Positions 1 through 10,170 of a stretch of 64,000 bases of DNA are shown piece after piece. The translations under genes and the position numbers were made by a program. The first letter of the stretch is position 1. The number at the start of each line of letters is the position of its first letter. The notes below the pieces were generated by a model. That model was not told where the DNA came from. It saw only the letters and a program-made list of their open reading frames with translations, and searched no databases. The DNA lies in the NCBI GenBank assembly GCA_964539825.1, contig CAZIKF010000005.1, forward strand, positions 84,271 to 148,270, given 5' to 3'. Source of the stretch: an uncultured bacterium (GTDB lineage: Bacteria > Muiribacteriota > UBA6191).

Positions 1-1261
1 TAGCCGCGCGGATACCACCTACCACGGAGAGGGTTCCCGCAGTGAGAGTACCAGAAACCTCCACCGAATGAGCATTCAGGGTACCTCCAACATCAAGAAG
101 AACCTGTGGGTCCCGTGTACCTATCCCCACTCTTCCATACTTATCCAGAACCATGCGGCTTACTGACGCGGAGTCATCAGAAATATAGAGTGCCTGAGGA
201 TGAGAAGAAGCCTCAGCTCCCCCCAAACCGATGGTAAAAGTTCGTCCGCCGGGAGCCTGGTTCCTCAATCTCATTACCGAATGACCTCGGCCAGAACCTT
301 GGATAACTCCTAGCGCGGCACTAGAAATACTCTCTCCCGTACCAAATAGCTCCAATTTATGGGTTGGATGCTCGGTACCTACCCCGATATTCCCTCCATC
401 GTGGATATGAATACCCTTTCCTCTTCCGTCCGTAAGGTTTAGCCCCTTCTGATCTCTGGCCATAACCTTTTGAGTAGCGATCTTCGAGCCATTACGCTGC
501 TCGAAGGATCCGAGGACATCAATGTTCACGACATCAGTCAGCCCCACATCTGATTTTGTAACTCGGTGTGGGTTGCCTTTCTGGGCATAGACATGCTCTA
601 CGATATTGGAGTTTCTCGGTTCATAGGCCAGATTGAGTCCAGCTTCCAAATTGGAGACCTGTTCGCGTACATAACGGGCAACAGCCTGGCTAGATGGGAC
701 TTTCTTGGGATCTTTGGCACTTAGGGTATCTTCCAGGAAACTATAGGGGAGCTGTTTTATATTCTCCACTTGGTCCAGTCCCACCGCTAAAGAATTCAGT
801 CCTTTCAATGCTCTTATAGGAATATTTCGTAAAGAACTACCATCTCCTTCAAATCCGTTAGCACGAACGCGACCGGAGGCATCTAGCTGAAACACAACTT
901 CATTTCCCTTGCCAAGAAGAAGAATTTTGGTTGTATTCTGCTGGTCTCCTACAGATCGACTCAATCCCAACTGTAGCTCGGGACCAAAAAGTCCTAATGC
1001 GGAGGTTGTGAAAAATTTTCCTCTTCTCGAAAAAAAGTATCCTGAAGTCTCCACACTCTTGAGCAATCTGGCCAAATAAGCCTGAGAATCGAAATATTGA
1101 AGTCGACGGGAAAGCTTGGAAATTTCCTTTGTAATCTCTTGAAAGGAATTGCTATTCCCCTGATTTAATGCGACTTCAGGAGATATTTTAGATGGCGGAC
1201 CTGCCCATAACCCAGGCAGAGTTATGACAAAAGTTGCCCATAAGAGGAGTTTTTTCTTCAT
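1..1261 (-). CDS. Secreted Gly/Thr/Val-rich repeat protein, likely beta-helix or fibre-like. Partial: the C-terminus lies beyond the window start.
   Basis: Reverse-complement translation from the ATG at 1261 is open all the way to position 1 (at least 420 aa). The N-terminus MKKKLLLWATFVITLPGLWAG is a classic signal peptide. There are repeated G-x-I/V-G-x-G-T type motifs (GNIGVGTEH, GRVGIGTRD, GTLTAGTLSVVGG). The ORF track omitted it because it runs off the window edge. Confidence 0.6.
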   Translation of the reverse strand, partial: MKKKLLLWATFVITLPGLWAGPPSKISPEVALNQGNSNSFQEITKEISKLSRRLQYFDSQAYLARLLKSVETSGYFFSRRGKFFTTSALGLFGPELQLGLSRSVGDQQNTTKILLLGKGNEVVFQLDASGRVRANGFEGDGSSLRNIPIRALKGLNSLAVGLDQVENIKQLPYSFLEDTLSAKDPKKVPSSQAVARYVREQVSNLEAGLNLAYEPRNSNIVEHVYAQKGNPHRVTKSDVGLTDVVNIDVLGSFEQRNGSKIATQKVMARDQKGLNLTDGRGKGIHIHDGGNIGVGTEHPTHKLELFGTGESISSAALGVIQGSGRGHSVMRLRNQAPGGRTFTIGLGGAEASSHPQALYISDDSASVSRMVLDKYGRVGIGTRDPQVLLDVGGTLNAHSVEVSGTLTAGTLSVVGGIRAA

Positions 1262-1280
1262 ATATGAATATAAATTGGGA

Positions 1281-3542
1281 TTATAGCGAACCATTGGAAG
1301 AAGGAAAAGTTACTTCTTCCAAGAGAGAGAGATACTGTCTTTCGAATTCCTCGCTAACCTTATCCCAGGAATATCTCTCGCTCCGACTCCGACACTCCTG
1401 GGACATAGTTGATCTCTGTGTTTCTGAAAGGCCTGCCAGGGCTCTATATCCCTCTAGTACCCTCGACATATCATCAAAGGGAACCTCTAGACCGGTGGTA
1501 TGCTGAGTCACGAATGATTGGAAGGAGGGGATCTGGTTAAGCAAGAGCAAACAACCCGCTGACATTGCCTCTACAACTGATATTCCGAAGCCTTCAAATT
1601 GACTCGCCGAAACGAAGATGCCAGCACGCTGGTAGGCAGAGACAAGATCCTCTCTGGAAATTTGACCGAGAAAACTTACTGATTTCTCTAATTTTCTGGC
1701 TGAGACTTGCTTTAATAAACCTTCCTTCATGGGACCATCACCTACGATCTCCAAGTGAATTCCCGGGTTCTCCACGCGAAGTGCTTGGATGAGTTTCAGT
1801 AAAATTTCTATTCGTTTGTGAGAATACAATCCTCCCACGAAAAGCAATCGATCAGGGTCAGGACATTTAGGTTCCAGGATTCGTAGATCTTCGAGGTGGG
1901 CACCGTTTTCCAATACCACCAAGCGCTCACAAACCGTCTCAAAAATTCTGGCATCCTCGTGGGAGCAGGCCATCACCAAATCTACTTTTCTTAAAAAAGC
2001 GCGTGTTCGTGTCCGAAACCATAGGTTCTTGACCCAGTTCCAATTCTTGCTATGGAAAAATCCACCATGAGTGGAAAGGACCAGGGGACACGAACCAGTT
2101 GCTGGATATTTCTTCTCTCTTAGAGAGACTATTTCTTCCAGAAAGCCATCCGTTCCATGAATGTGAATCAGATCATAATTTTCAATCAGACTCACCTGAA
2201 GTTCGGGAATGAACCAGGGGCCAAGGTGACGCGCGCCTACGCGGCGAACAACGCATTTCCCCCACCTGGTCTCAATCTCCTCCACTGGACTAAAAAGATC
2301 AGAGGTACTCAGAGAGTGGTCCAGGGTCAAAACTTCCACGTGGTGACCCAACCTGAGGAGATGAGCGGAAAGATGCATCACAAATTCCTCCATGCCGCCC
2401 ACACACGGGTAAAACTGCCTTACTACCTGCAAAACCCTCATACCAGATTTTCGTTTTGGGAGAGGAAGAAGCGAGGATTTTGAAGCTCCGCCGGAGAAAA
2501 CTGAAATCCAATCCTTCCACCTTAAGGAACTCTTTGCAATAAGATAGGGTACGGCCAGGAGGAGGGCACCTTTCCAATAGTAAAAAGAATGCACCCATGG
2601 ATAAACAAGAACCACCACTAGAAGCATCGGAATCTCGGCGGGTTTTAACCGAAATCCGCGGAGTAGTAACGCCCCCAGTACACCGTACATAATTCCCAGG
2701 AAAAAGGACAATCCGGGAATGAGTGTGACCACACCTACTAACACCCCCAGCACCAGCAGATCACTCAGGGCTCCCCTGAGCTGAAAAGTGCCTAACTTCC
2801 CCTTCTTTAGAGCAGAACCTATCCATCTCCTCCCCTCAGGATTCTTAACCAGGAAATATGCTTCAAAATAGTACTTTCGAGCATCCTTAATTAAGAACCA
2901 GGGATCGGCTCCGTCACCAGGATGCGTGGCAATGAGATTTTGAGAGAAGAGAATAACCCCGGTGGAAAGCATTCGTAGTCCGAGGTCGGTATCCTCCCGG
3001 AAATGAATTCCAGACGGGTGGAAATACTTCTCGTCAAATCCACCCAGTCGAAGGAAGACTTCCTTTCGATACAGGACGTTTCCGGAACCAAACCCCTTAC
3101 TAAAATTCTTCCGGGCCGGATGTCTTTCCAGGGGACCCTGCACCGAGTTCACTATTGTAGTTCCCTCAATCCCCACAATATCTTCATCTAGCTTTAACTC
3201 ACCCAGGTTCTTGAAGTAGTCCCCATCCAGGATCAAGTCATCATCTAGAAAAAGAATCCAGATACTCTCCGCCCGGGCAGCTTTAGCCCCCAGGTTTCGA
3301 GAATAAGATGGACCCGCATTAAAATGGTTCCGTAAGATTTTTATGGAATCTCCAAAGCCGGGATCGTCCAGATCAATTTCGGGATGGGAATGATCATCGA
3401 CTACGATCACTTCCGCAGAAATCTTTACCCCTTGGAGGGCCGCATGAACAGAGTCTAATAATCTGTGCAGCGCATGAGGACGATTTCTACCAGGAATCAC
3501 GACAGACAGGGAAGTGATGTACGTCACGTACTCTCCTTGCAC
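1281..3542 (-). CDS. Bifunctional glycosyltransferase with an N-terminal GT2 domain, a TM segment, and a C-terminal GT4 (GT1-fold) domain
   Basis: N-terminus: VVIPGRNRPHAL...VVDDHS...LFLDDDLIL, a GT-A fold with a DxD motif. Middle: hydrophobic helices (LLVLGVLVGVVTLIPGLSFFLGIMYGVLGALLL). C-terminus: MRVLQVVRQFYPCVGGME...EGFGISVVEAMSAGCLLL, the GT4 E-x7-E region. It overlaps the upstream gene by 19 nt, so it belongs to the same operon. Confidence 0.75.
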   Translation of the reverse strand: MQGEYVTYITSLSVVIPGRNRPHALHRLLDSVHAALQGVKISAEVIVVDDHSHPEIDLDDPGFGDSIKILRNHFNAGPSYSRNLGAKAARAESIWILFLDDDLILDGDYFKNLGELKLDEDIVGIEGTTIVNSVQGPLERHPARKNFSKGFGSGNVLYRKEVFLRLGGFDEKYFHPSGIHFREDTDLGLRMLSTGVILFSQNLIATHPGDGADPWFLIKDARKYYFEAYFLVKNPEGRRWIGSALKKGKLGTFQLRGALSDLLVLGVLVGVVTLIPGLSFFLGIMYGVLGALLLRGFRLKPAEIPMLLVVVLVYPWVHSFYYWKGALLLAVPYLIAKSSLRWKDWISVFSGGASKSSLLPLPKRKSGMRVLQVVRQFYPCVGGMEEFVMHLSAHLLRLGHHVEVLTLDHSLSTSDLFSPVEEIETRWGKCVVRRVGARHLGPWFIPELQVSLIENYDLIHIHGTDGFLEEIVSLREKKYPATGSCPLVLSTHGGFFHSKNWNWVKNLWFRTRTRAFLRKVDLVMACSHEDARIFETVCERLVVLENGAHLEDLRILEPKCPDPDRLLFVGGLYSHKRIEILLKLIQALRVENPGIHLEIVGDGPMKEGLLKQVSARKLEKSVSFLGQISREDLVSAYQRAGIFVSASQFEGFGISVVEAMSAGCLLLLNQIPSFQSFVTQHTTGLEVPFDDMSRVLEGYRALAGLSETQRSTMSQECRSRSERYSWDKVSEEFERQYLSLLEEVTFPSSNGSL

Positions 3543-4954
3543 CCAGGATGAAGGTCCTGAGACTCAAGACGCATCATTTTTAAGAGGAAGAAGAACAAGA
3601 AGCTCATGATTTGAACCTTAAATACCGGTTCAAAGAAACTGGTCAAAAAATATGCTCCTACCATTCCACAGAAGAGCTCATAGAATATTCTTCTCCTATG
3701 ATCATAATCTCCTCCCTTTTGTGACAAGTTCCCAAATCTTCGCAGGGAATTCAAGACAAGAAGAATCACACAGAAGGCAAAACACAAGAAGGCTACAGCC
3801 CCTATGAGACCGGTTTCAGCCAATAATCCTGTATAGAATCCATCCGCGTCTTCAAATCTGGTGAGAACAGGATAAAGACCAAGCCCGATCCCTTCGAAGG
3901 GATTCTCCAGAAAGACTTTAACCGCCTCTCTATAGTTTTCGAGTCTACCCAGCGTGGATCGAATATTATAAAGAATGACCGGATCATTGGACCCTGAAAA
4001 AAGATAGAAAGCACTTACAATTCTATAATAGATATCTTGAGGCAGCAGCTTCAATCCAAGTCCCAGGCAAAGTGGTATTCCCAGAATCGTGAGCGGAATT
4101 TTCATCGCCGATTGACGGTCTTTGGCCCAGGAGGTAAAGCGAATCAAAAGAAAGATCAAAAAGGCCACACCCAGGAGAAAAATTCCATTCCTGGAGAGAG
4201 CCAATTTTAAGCTTAATAGGTTAATCAAACCGCTTAATACGCACAGGATTCTAAACCCCGTATGATTGAATCGAACCCATCCCATAATCACCAGTAAGAT
4301 CATTGTTCCTGAAAACATGCTCAATACCAGGGAATCTTCGAAGGTACCCGGTACGCCCAGTCGGATGGTGACTTCACCATCCAAAACATCCGGGAAAGTG
4401 AAGTCATTCAATTTCTGCCACAGGGCCACGAGACCCACTGCACACGAGGAACTGAAAAGTACCCCTAAGAAACTGAGAAGTTCTTTCTCCCGGAATCTAT
4501 CCATGACCCAATAGGTCAGAAAAAAATTCACACAATAGGATATTAGATCACGAAAGGATATTTCAGGTTGGGGAGACCGAATTGACAGAGCAAATAAGAT
4601 CAGGAGAAATAGGAGACTGGAAAGGAGTACAGAATCCCACCGGTCCCGATGTTGTTGTGCAAATCCGTGTGACAGATTCCAGCAGCCAACCATCACCATC
4701 AAAGCATCAAACCAATCTAAATTTCTACCCCAGATTTCCAGCCCCTGGGTGGGAAAAAGCGGCATGAACAGCGCCAGAAAAACAAAGATTGAAAACTTAG
4801 CCCGGCCCGCCCAGAGATTAGGGAGAAAGAAGGCCAGGAAAAAGGAGAGAACAAGCCCAAAAACTCCTGTAAAATAGACTAGTGTTGCTACCAGAATAAT
4901 GAGAAGCAGAAAGAGTACAATCCATCTGCCTGAAGGGGGTGACCAGGCAATCAT
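3524..4954 (-). CDS. Polytopic membrane protein, a candidate O-antigen/EPS polymerase or ligase (Wzy/WaaL-like)
   Basis: At least 10 predicted hydrophobic helices over 476 aa with one larger loop. It sits between two glycosyltransferase genes with ATGA start/stop overlap to the upstream GT4 gene. Family assignment is by architecture and context only. Confidence 0.4.
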   Translation of the reverse strand: MIAWSPPSGRWIVLFLLLIILVATLVYFTGVFGLVLSFFLAFFLPNLWAGRAKFSIFVFLALFMPLFPTQGLEIWGRNLDWFDALMVMVGCWNLSHGFAQQHRDRWDSVLLSSLLFLLILFALSIRSPQPEISFRDLISYCVNFFLTYWVMDRFREKELLSFLGVLFSSSCAVGLVALWQKLNDFTFPDVLDGEVTIRLGVPGTFEDSLVLSMFSGTMILLVIMGWVRFNHTGFRILCVLSGLINLLSLKLALSRNGIFLLGVAFLIFLLIRFTSWAKDRQSAMKIPLTILGIPLCLGLGLKLLPQDIYYRIVSAFYLFSGSNDPVILYNIRSTLGRLENYREAVKVFLENPFEGIGLGLYPVLTRFEDADGFYTGLLAETGLIGAVAFLCFAFCVILLVLNSLRRFGNLSQKGGDYDHRRRIFYELFCGMVGAYFLTSFFEPVFKVQIMSFLFFFLLKMMRLESQDLHPGCKEST

Positions 4955-5961
4955 TCCTCTCCAGTCCGGATTTTTGAACTAAAGTCTAAAACTTCATCAA
5001 CCACTTTCTCCCACGACCACTTCCAGCCTTTTCCATTTACGTTTTCCAACATCTTGGTACGTAGCGCTCTATCTTTGGCCAGACGGACGATATAAATCGC
5101 AAGCTCTACCGGGGACTCGAAAAAGAAACCTGTTTTCCCTTCCTCAATCATTTCCAGATTCCCTCCCCTTCGAGTTGCCAGGGTGATTAGTCCGCCCTGG
5201 AAAATCCCCTCTGCAAGAGCTAGTGAAGATCCCTCATAATAGGAGGAATTAATCTGAACATGAGCATGGGAAAGCTCTTCAGCCACCTTGTAGGCACTAA
5301 CATCACCGAGGTAGCGAACACCCTCTTCTTCGGGGAAGCAGCCCCTGGGGCCGAGAACAAGCAGTTCTATGTTCTGCACCTTTTCCCTGGCCAGACGAAA
5401 ACCTTTTAATATCCAGGAAAACCGCTTTACTTTGTCACTGGTCCTACCGCAAAAGATCAGCTTCAATTGCTTCTTTGAGTAATAACTACTGACTCTCTCC
5501 TTCTCTAAACCACCACCAGAAGAGATAAGCCTCAGAGGTCCCCTGTATCCCATCCACCGAATTTCTCGACAAGCCCAGGAACTTACACCAATTATTCCGT
5601 CTTTACCCTCAAGAGAACGGCGCTCCAGGAGGAGCCAGTTCCAGAACCGGGGATGAATCCAAAGCCACGGTCTCATCAGTAAATTTCCGAGGATGGTTCC
5701 ATGAAAGGTGTGTAGGAAGATCTCAGCCTTCGGCAGAGGGCTACTTCCATAGATGGCATGTGTCAGGCAAAGATCATACGTGTTCTGGTCTTTGAGGATA
5801 GCGTCCAGGGGATGAACTGAGATTGATTCCTCATCCAATAGAGTGTCGGTATAGAGAGTGACATCTGCGTGTTCTGAAAGAGCTCTGGCGAAGGAAAGAA
5901 TGTAGCGCTCTACCCCGCCGGTCCTGTTTAGCTGGTATGGAGCAATGAGAACCACATGCAT
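4951..5961 (-). CDS. Glycosyltransferase family 4 (GT1-fold)
   Basis: MHVVLIAPYQLNRTGGVERY N-terminus, and a C-terminal SYYEGSSLALAEGIFQGGLITLATRRGGNLEMIEEGKTGFFFE (E-x7-E motif typical of GT4). Confidence 0.75.
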   Translation of the reverse strand: MHVVLIAPYQLNRTGGVERYILSFARALSEHADVTLYTDTLLDEESISVHPLDAILKDQNTYDLCLTHAIYGSSPLPKAEIFLHTFHGTILGNLLMRPWLWIHPRFWNWLLLERRSLEGKDGIIGVSSWACREIRWMGYRGPLRLISSGGGLEKERVSSYYSKKQLKLIFCGRTSDKVKRFSWILKGFRLAREKVQNIELLVLGPRGCFPEEEGVRYLGDVSAYKVAEELSHAHVQINSSYYEGSSLALAEGIFQGGLITLATRRGGNLEMIEEGKTGFFFESPVELAIYIVRLAKDRALRTKMLENVNGKGWKWSWEKVVDEVLDFSSKIRTGEE

Positions 5962-5967
5962 GTTTAA

Positions 5968-6639
5968 CTACTGGATTCCGGAAAGAATGGCTTCACGCTC
6001 ATCCGCATCAAAGTGAGCTTCAAGGAGAGCTAAATACTCACTGCGATAGTACTCTTTTAAACTCAGGTACCGATTCAAGGCAAAGGACACCTCCTCCAAG
6101 AAGAGGTCTTGAGCCAGGGGGCTTCTTAAATAATTGAGATCAGTAAGAAAGGCAATCAGAGTTTCAAAGTAAATAGAGTAGTAGTAGTAGTTCTTAGGAT
6201 CTAGCTCACAGGCCTTTCGCATATGCTCTACATAAGCCCTGTAACCGTTTTCTGAACTATGGAGTTTAGCTCCTGTTTTTTCAAGATTAGCCCACCAGTA
6301 ATGAACCTCAGGGTTTCTGGGAAAGAAGTTTGATGAGGTCTGAAACTGTTCCCTTCCCATCAAAAGGTCTTCTTGACTCCCCTTTTTCAAATAGCGCTGC
6401 AGAAATGCCCGTCCAAGATAGAAATGGGCCAGATCAGATCGGGGTTCAAGTTTGACCCAGGCCTTGAACACGGGTATTGCTTTCTGCGCGTTTCCAGACT
6501 CAAGAAGTCGGGTCCCAACCTCCTTGAGATTTTCTCTTTCCAGTAATCCCAGGGAGAACGAACCGAAGCCTGCCAATAAAATTAAAAAACCTAAAAATCG
6601 AATCATCCTTCCTATCATATATACCCAAAAAGAAGCCAT
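5968..6639 (-). CDS. Hypothetical membrane-anchored TPR-like protein
   Basis: N-terminal hydrophobic segment (FLGFLILLAGFGSFSLG), then helical-repeat-like sequence (AQKAIPVFKAWVKLEPRSDLAHFYLGRAF). No catalytic motif. The end of the glycosylation operon is directly downstream. Confidence 0.4.
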   Translation of the reverse strand: MASFWVYMIGRMIRFLGFLILLAGFGSFSLGLLERENLKEVGTRLLESGNAQKAIPVFKAWVKLEPRSDLAHFYLGRAFLQRYLKKGSQEDLLMGREQFQTSSNFFPRNPEVHYWWANLEKTGAKLHSSENGYRAYVEHMRKACELDPKNYYYYSIYFETLIAFLTDLNYLRSPLAQDLFLEEVSFALNRYLSLKEYYRSEYLALLEAHFDADEREAILSGIQ

Positions 6640-6772
6640 TTGTCCGAATTCTCATCCGCGATGAGCTTATTTTGGTCATGAACCTGCAAAGGGAATAGAT
6701 TCTTGGATTCAAGGAGAAGGGGGGCTCATGAATCGAGGACCTTGAAAGAAGGCTTGTGAATCAGAAGCCCTA

Positions 6773-7552
6773 TCAGGCTCCCTTGAACTCCACAAACCCA
6801 TCCCCGAGTTCTATATTCTGCAACTTCACGGGAATCAATTCCATCAAGGGGAATCGATTGAGGTTCAGGACAGGATTAATTCGATTCACAATAGAACCGG
6901 TGACAAACCCTGGGATTTTAAAAGCATTAAGCCTGACGGAGTTAGTTCGAAAATCAACGGTTCTTTTGGCCTGATTTACGACAAATCTGCCTTCCGTTTT
7001 CACTCGGGCACTGAAAAATCTATTTTTGATCCGTCCTGAGAAAAGCATGCGGTCCTCAGTCAGTTCAATTTTGGGCCCTCCAAGATTAATGCGTTTTTGA
7101 TTGGCAGTTAGATAGGTGTTGATGTCTTCTTCATCCAGACGTAGGGAAAACTTCACCTGACCAACGGTGGTAACCTTGAGCTTTCCTTCGCTCATCAGTT
7201 TATCAACGTCAAATTTTAGATTTGATACTTTCAATCTTCCTCGACGTATGTTCAGGTTTTCCAGGCCCTGTATGGAGCTATCTCGAAAGACAATCTCCAT
7301 GAGCTCGAATTTTCCCCTTACAATATCCTGATGGCGGGTTGGATAGAACCTTACCCTGACATCCTTCTGCGCTATCAGGTATTCCTGGAGCCCCTTTCGA
7401 AACGCATTCTTGATTTCTTTGACTCCGTAAACTCTAAAAGCACTGGAAATTTGTGGCTCTGAATGAGAATAAAGATCCACATCCAACTTACTTTTCGCGG
7501 AGACTGCAGGGACCAGAGAAAGAGCTATGAGAAGGGGGAGGAACCGAATCAT
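6773..7552 (-). CDS. Secreted hypothetical protein
   Basis: Signal peptide MIRFLPLLIALSLVPAVSA-KSK starts at an internal Met of the track ORF, so the start was trimmed to 7552. No recognisable motif. Confidence 0.45.
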   Translation of the reverse strand: MIRFLPLLIALSLVPAVSAKSKLDVDLYSHSEPQISSAFRVYGVKEIKNAFRKGLQEYLIAQKDVRVRFYPTRHQDIVRGKFELMEIVFRDSSIQGLENLNIRRGRLKVSNLKFDVDKLMSEGKLKVTTVGQVKFSLRLDEEDINTYLTANQKRINLGGPKIELTEDRMLFSGRIKNRFFSARVKTEGRFVVNQAKRTVDFRTNSVRLNAFKIPGFVTGSIVNRINPVLNLNRFPLMELIPVKLQNIELGDGFVEFKGA

Positions 7553-7609
7553 ACCCAAAACATCGTACAAAAGTATTTAGGTTTTAATACTTTTTGTACG
7601 TTTTTGTAC

Positions 7610-10024
7610 TCATCTGAGCTTTTGACTACTAACAATGGAGATAATGAATAAGGTGGATGCGACCAGAAAAATGACTTGAATCAAGAATTCCGTAAGACTG
7701 ATTCGTTCAGGATACTTTGCTATGGTTGTCAGGCGAGACTTACCCTTCATATAGCGCTGAATCTCGTTTTCCATCTTCTGCATTTCTTGATAAAAATCTT
7801 TCAGTGGTTCCTTGGGTGGAATTACCTTGGTTGGGGGAGACATGGGTGGTGCCTGTTGAACCCCTGGCGCGGTTTTCTGGCCTTCGAGCCTTCCCTTCGG
7901 GGCTGGAAAAGGAGAGATTGAACTCTTGGATCGAGTTTCCTGGGCACGCTCTCTCCAGCGGGCATAATCATACTCTTCGTATTCCAGGGAACCAGGAGTG
8001 GACTTTCCCATAGCTGAAGAATCAGTGGGAGGATTGGTCGGTACCTTACCAGTCTCCTCTAGAATCCTTTGCAAATAGCCATGGAGTTCCGGCACATCGT
8101 ATCCATGCTTTTTAGCCAACTTAAAATATCTTTGTGCTGTATCAAAATCACCGGACTGAAAATATCCACGGGCCATATCAAAGAAGAACACAGCATTCGC
8201 TGGAAATTCAGTATGAGAAGGATCTGGCTTTGGAGGAGGTTCCTTAGTTTTTGGCTTCAAAATTTCTGTGATTAGATTATCCTTTTGGTTCTTTCGTCTG
8301 GTCTTAGTTGTTACCCGCCTGGGAGCTGAGCTGGATGGCTCCATAGATGCCTTAGGCTTAGCACCCCTGACAATCTTTTTGGCAGGAGCAGAGGAAGCAG
8401 TTGCGATTTGACGTCTTTTTTTCAAGTGAGACCGAACAGGCTGTGGTTTCGACGCCATCGCGGCTTTAGCTGCTTGGATATCCTCAAAAACGATATCCGC
8501 TGCCCTTCGTCCTTTCTTAAAGGAACGGTTAATGATTCGAGCTACAGAAATACCCCCATTGTTGACATACAACCCAGATAATCCATCCAGAATCAGGTCC
8601 CGGTGTCCTCGGTGGCCAGTAGCAATGACCGCCTTATCTTCAAGCTTAAATCCCACCTGGTACTTACCCACGTAATTTCGTTCGAATAATTCAGGTATTT
8701 TCCCCCGTGGATTAGACTTCACACCGTGAAAATAATCTTCCATAAAGCGCGTAACCGCTTTCTCATCCACCGTGGAGAAAACCTCCAGAACCAGAGTTTC
8801 TTCCGGGGCAGAATCCAAATCCATTGCTTTACTGTCTCCACGATCAAATCCATCTAGAAGAAAATAAAACTTCTGATACTTCTTTGACTTGCTGTATTTG
8901 GGGGGATAGACCAGCTGAAACCCTGGCATCTCAAGGTTAAAGTTTTCACTAAACCTCGGTTTTGACACCTCTACAGATCGTGCGGCATTTGCCTTAGAAG
9001 AAACCTCTGCAACGATTTTCTCTTTTTGTGCTTTTGTGGAAGTCGACTCTTTCAGGGGCTGGTCTTTGGAAGCCTGTTTTCTTCTCTGCTTAAACTTCCT
9101 GGCCAACTCTTTAGCCCTTTCCCGCCAGGAAGAGCTTGGATTTCTTTTGGCCATCTTTACCTGGCTTCTAGCACCAGGGCTTGATGCGGCTGTTTCTTGT
9201 CCTCCTGTTTTTTTCGCGATTCTTGATTCAAATCCAGATACAGATGGGCGCTTTCGTATAGGACGTGACAAATTTTCTGGGTTCCCTTCATCATTCACCG
9301 GCCAAAGCATCACATGCATAAGCTGGGGCTGGGAAGTACTCGATGATTTTTCAGCCGATACGAGACGAGTTGGTAAAACTCCACCGTGCCTTTGTTTTTG
9401 AGCTTCGGCCAAAGCATAAACCCTACGGTGAAATTCCAGCATAAGCTCAGCAAAGACCTCGTCTAGAAATTTACGGTTGTAACCGGAAAAATCCTTGTTT
9501 CTAGCATTTCTAATCCGGTAACGACGCTCAAACCTACGATTCAGTTCGAAAAACCTCTCACCGGTATATGTGTTTAGACCAAACAATGTAATCTCAAGGT
9601 TTAGCAGTAAATGTTTTCTATCTTTTTGGTAAGAGTAGTGATTAACTTTTCCGCCTAAGACCGCTTCTATGAGATGAAAATTCCCCAGTCTTCTCAGGGT
9701 GGCCGAATTCTGATAGTTCAGCTTTCGAGAAAAGTCTGCCATTGCTTCAGGGGTATCAACCAACTCAATGTGAGGCAGGGATCTCAAAACATCATGGAGA
9801 TAGAGCCCGAGGTTTTTGGCATCATCCGCAAGGACATTCTCTCCAGGCTCCAAAGCGATTAGTACAGACCTTAAGGGAGCTTGCAACATTGGAATTGGCC
9901 CTGCGGACTTCCCTCTATGAGAGCAGCCTGAGCCAAAGAAAAGAGATAGAGCACTCACCCCTATTAAGAAAAAGCGGACTAAGCCTGCCAAAACCCTTTT
10001 AGATTCCTGGGTAGCACTATACAT
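7610..10024 (-). CDS. Large lipoprotein with Pro/Lys/Ser-rich low-complexity regions, a TPR-like segment and a C-terminal hydrophobic anchor
   Basis: Lipobox LSLFFGSGC near the N-terminus. TPR-like FFFDMARGYFQSGDFDTAQRYFKLAKKHGY. C-terminal TM LIQVIFLVASTLFIISIVSS. The ATG at 10024 is preferred over the GTG at 10030. Confidence 0.5.
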   Translation of the reverse strand: MYSATQESKRVLAGLVRFFLIGVSALSLFFGSGCSHRGKSAGPIPMLQAPLRSVLIALEPGENVLADDAKNLGLYLHDVLRSLPHIELVDTPEAMADFSRKLNYQNSATLRRLGNFHLIEAVLGGKVNHYSYQKDRKHLLLNLEITLFGLNTYTGERFFELNRRFERRYRIRNARNKDFSGYNRKFLDEVFAELMLEFHRRVYALAEAQKQRHGGVLPTRLVSAEKSSSTSQPQLMHVMLWPVNDEGNPENLSRPIRKRPSVSGFESRIAKKTGGQETAASSPGARSQVKMAKRNPSSSWRERAKELARKFKQRRKQASKDQPLKESTSTKAQKEKIVAEVSSKANAARSVEVSKPRFSENFNLEMPGFQLVYPPKYSKSKKYQKFYFLLDGFDRGDSKAMDLDSAPEETLVLEVFSTVDEKAVTRFMEDYFHGVKSNPRGKIPELFERNYVGKYQVGFKLEDKAVIATGHRGHRDLILDGLSGLYVNNGGISVARIINRSFKKGRRAADIVFEDIQAAKAAMASKPQPVRSHLKKRRQIATASSAPAKKIVRGAKPKASMEPSSSAPRRVTTKTRRKNQKDNLITEILKPKTKEPPPKPDPSHTEFPANAVFFFDMARGYFQSGDFDTAQRYFKLAKKHGYDVPELHGYLQRILEETGKVPTNPPTDSSAMGKSTPGSLEYEEYDYARWRERAQETRSKSSISPFPAPKGRLEGQKTAPGVQQAPPMSPPTKVIPPKEPLKDFYQEMQKMENEIQRYMKGKSRLTTIAKYPERISLTEFLIQVIFLVASTLFIISIVSSQKLR

Positions 10025-10142
10025 TCGCACAAAAAGTTAAATCGACAAGATGTTCTTGTCATATTAAGTGATTTGAACGCCATGTTCAATGGTGGTTGAA
10101 AGGAAGAAGGAAGAAGAGAGGTTCCATTCGCATCCTCTGACC

Positions 10143-10170
10143 TGGACAAACTTCTACTCATTTGTATAAT
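10143..10170 (+). promoter_or_regulatory. Sigma-70-like promoter with an extended -10 (TGGACA-N16-TGTATAAT), the probable ssrA promoter
   Basis: TGGACA at 10143-10148, then TG-n-TATAAT at 10163-10170. The track's 10162 ORF 'start' (TTG) is part of this -10 element. Confidence 0.4.
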
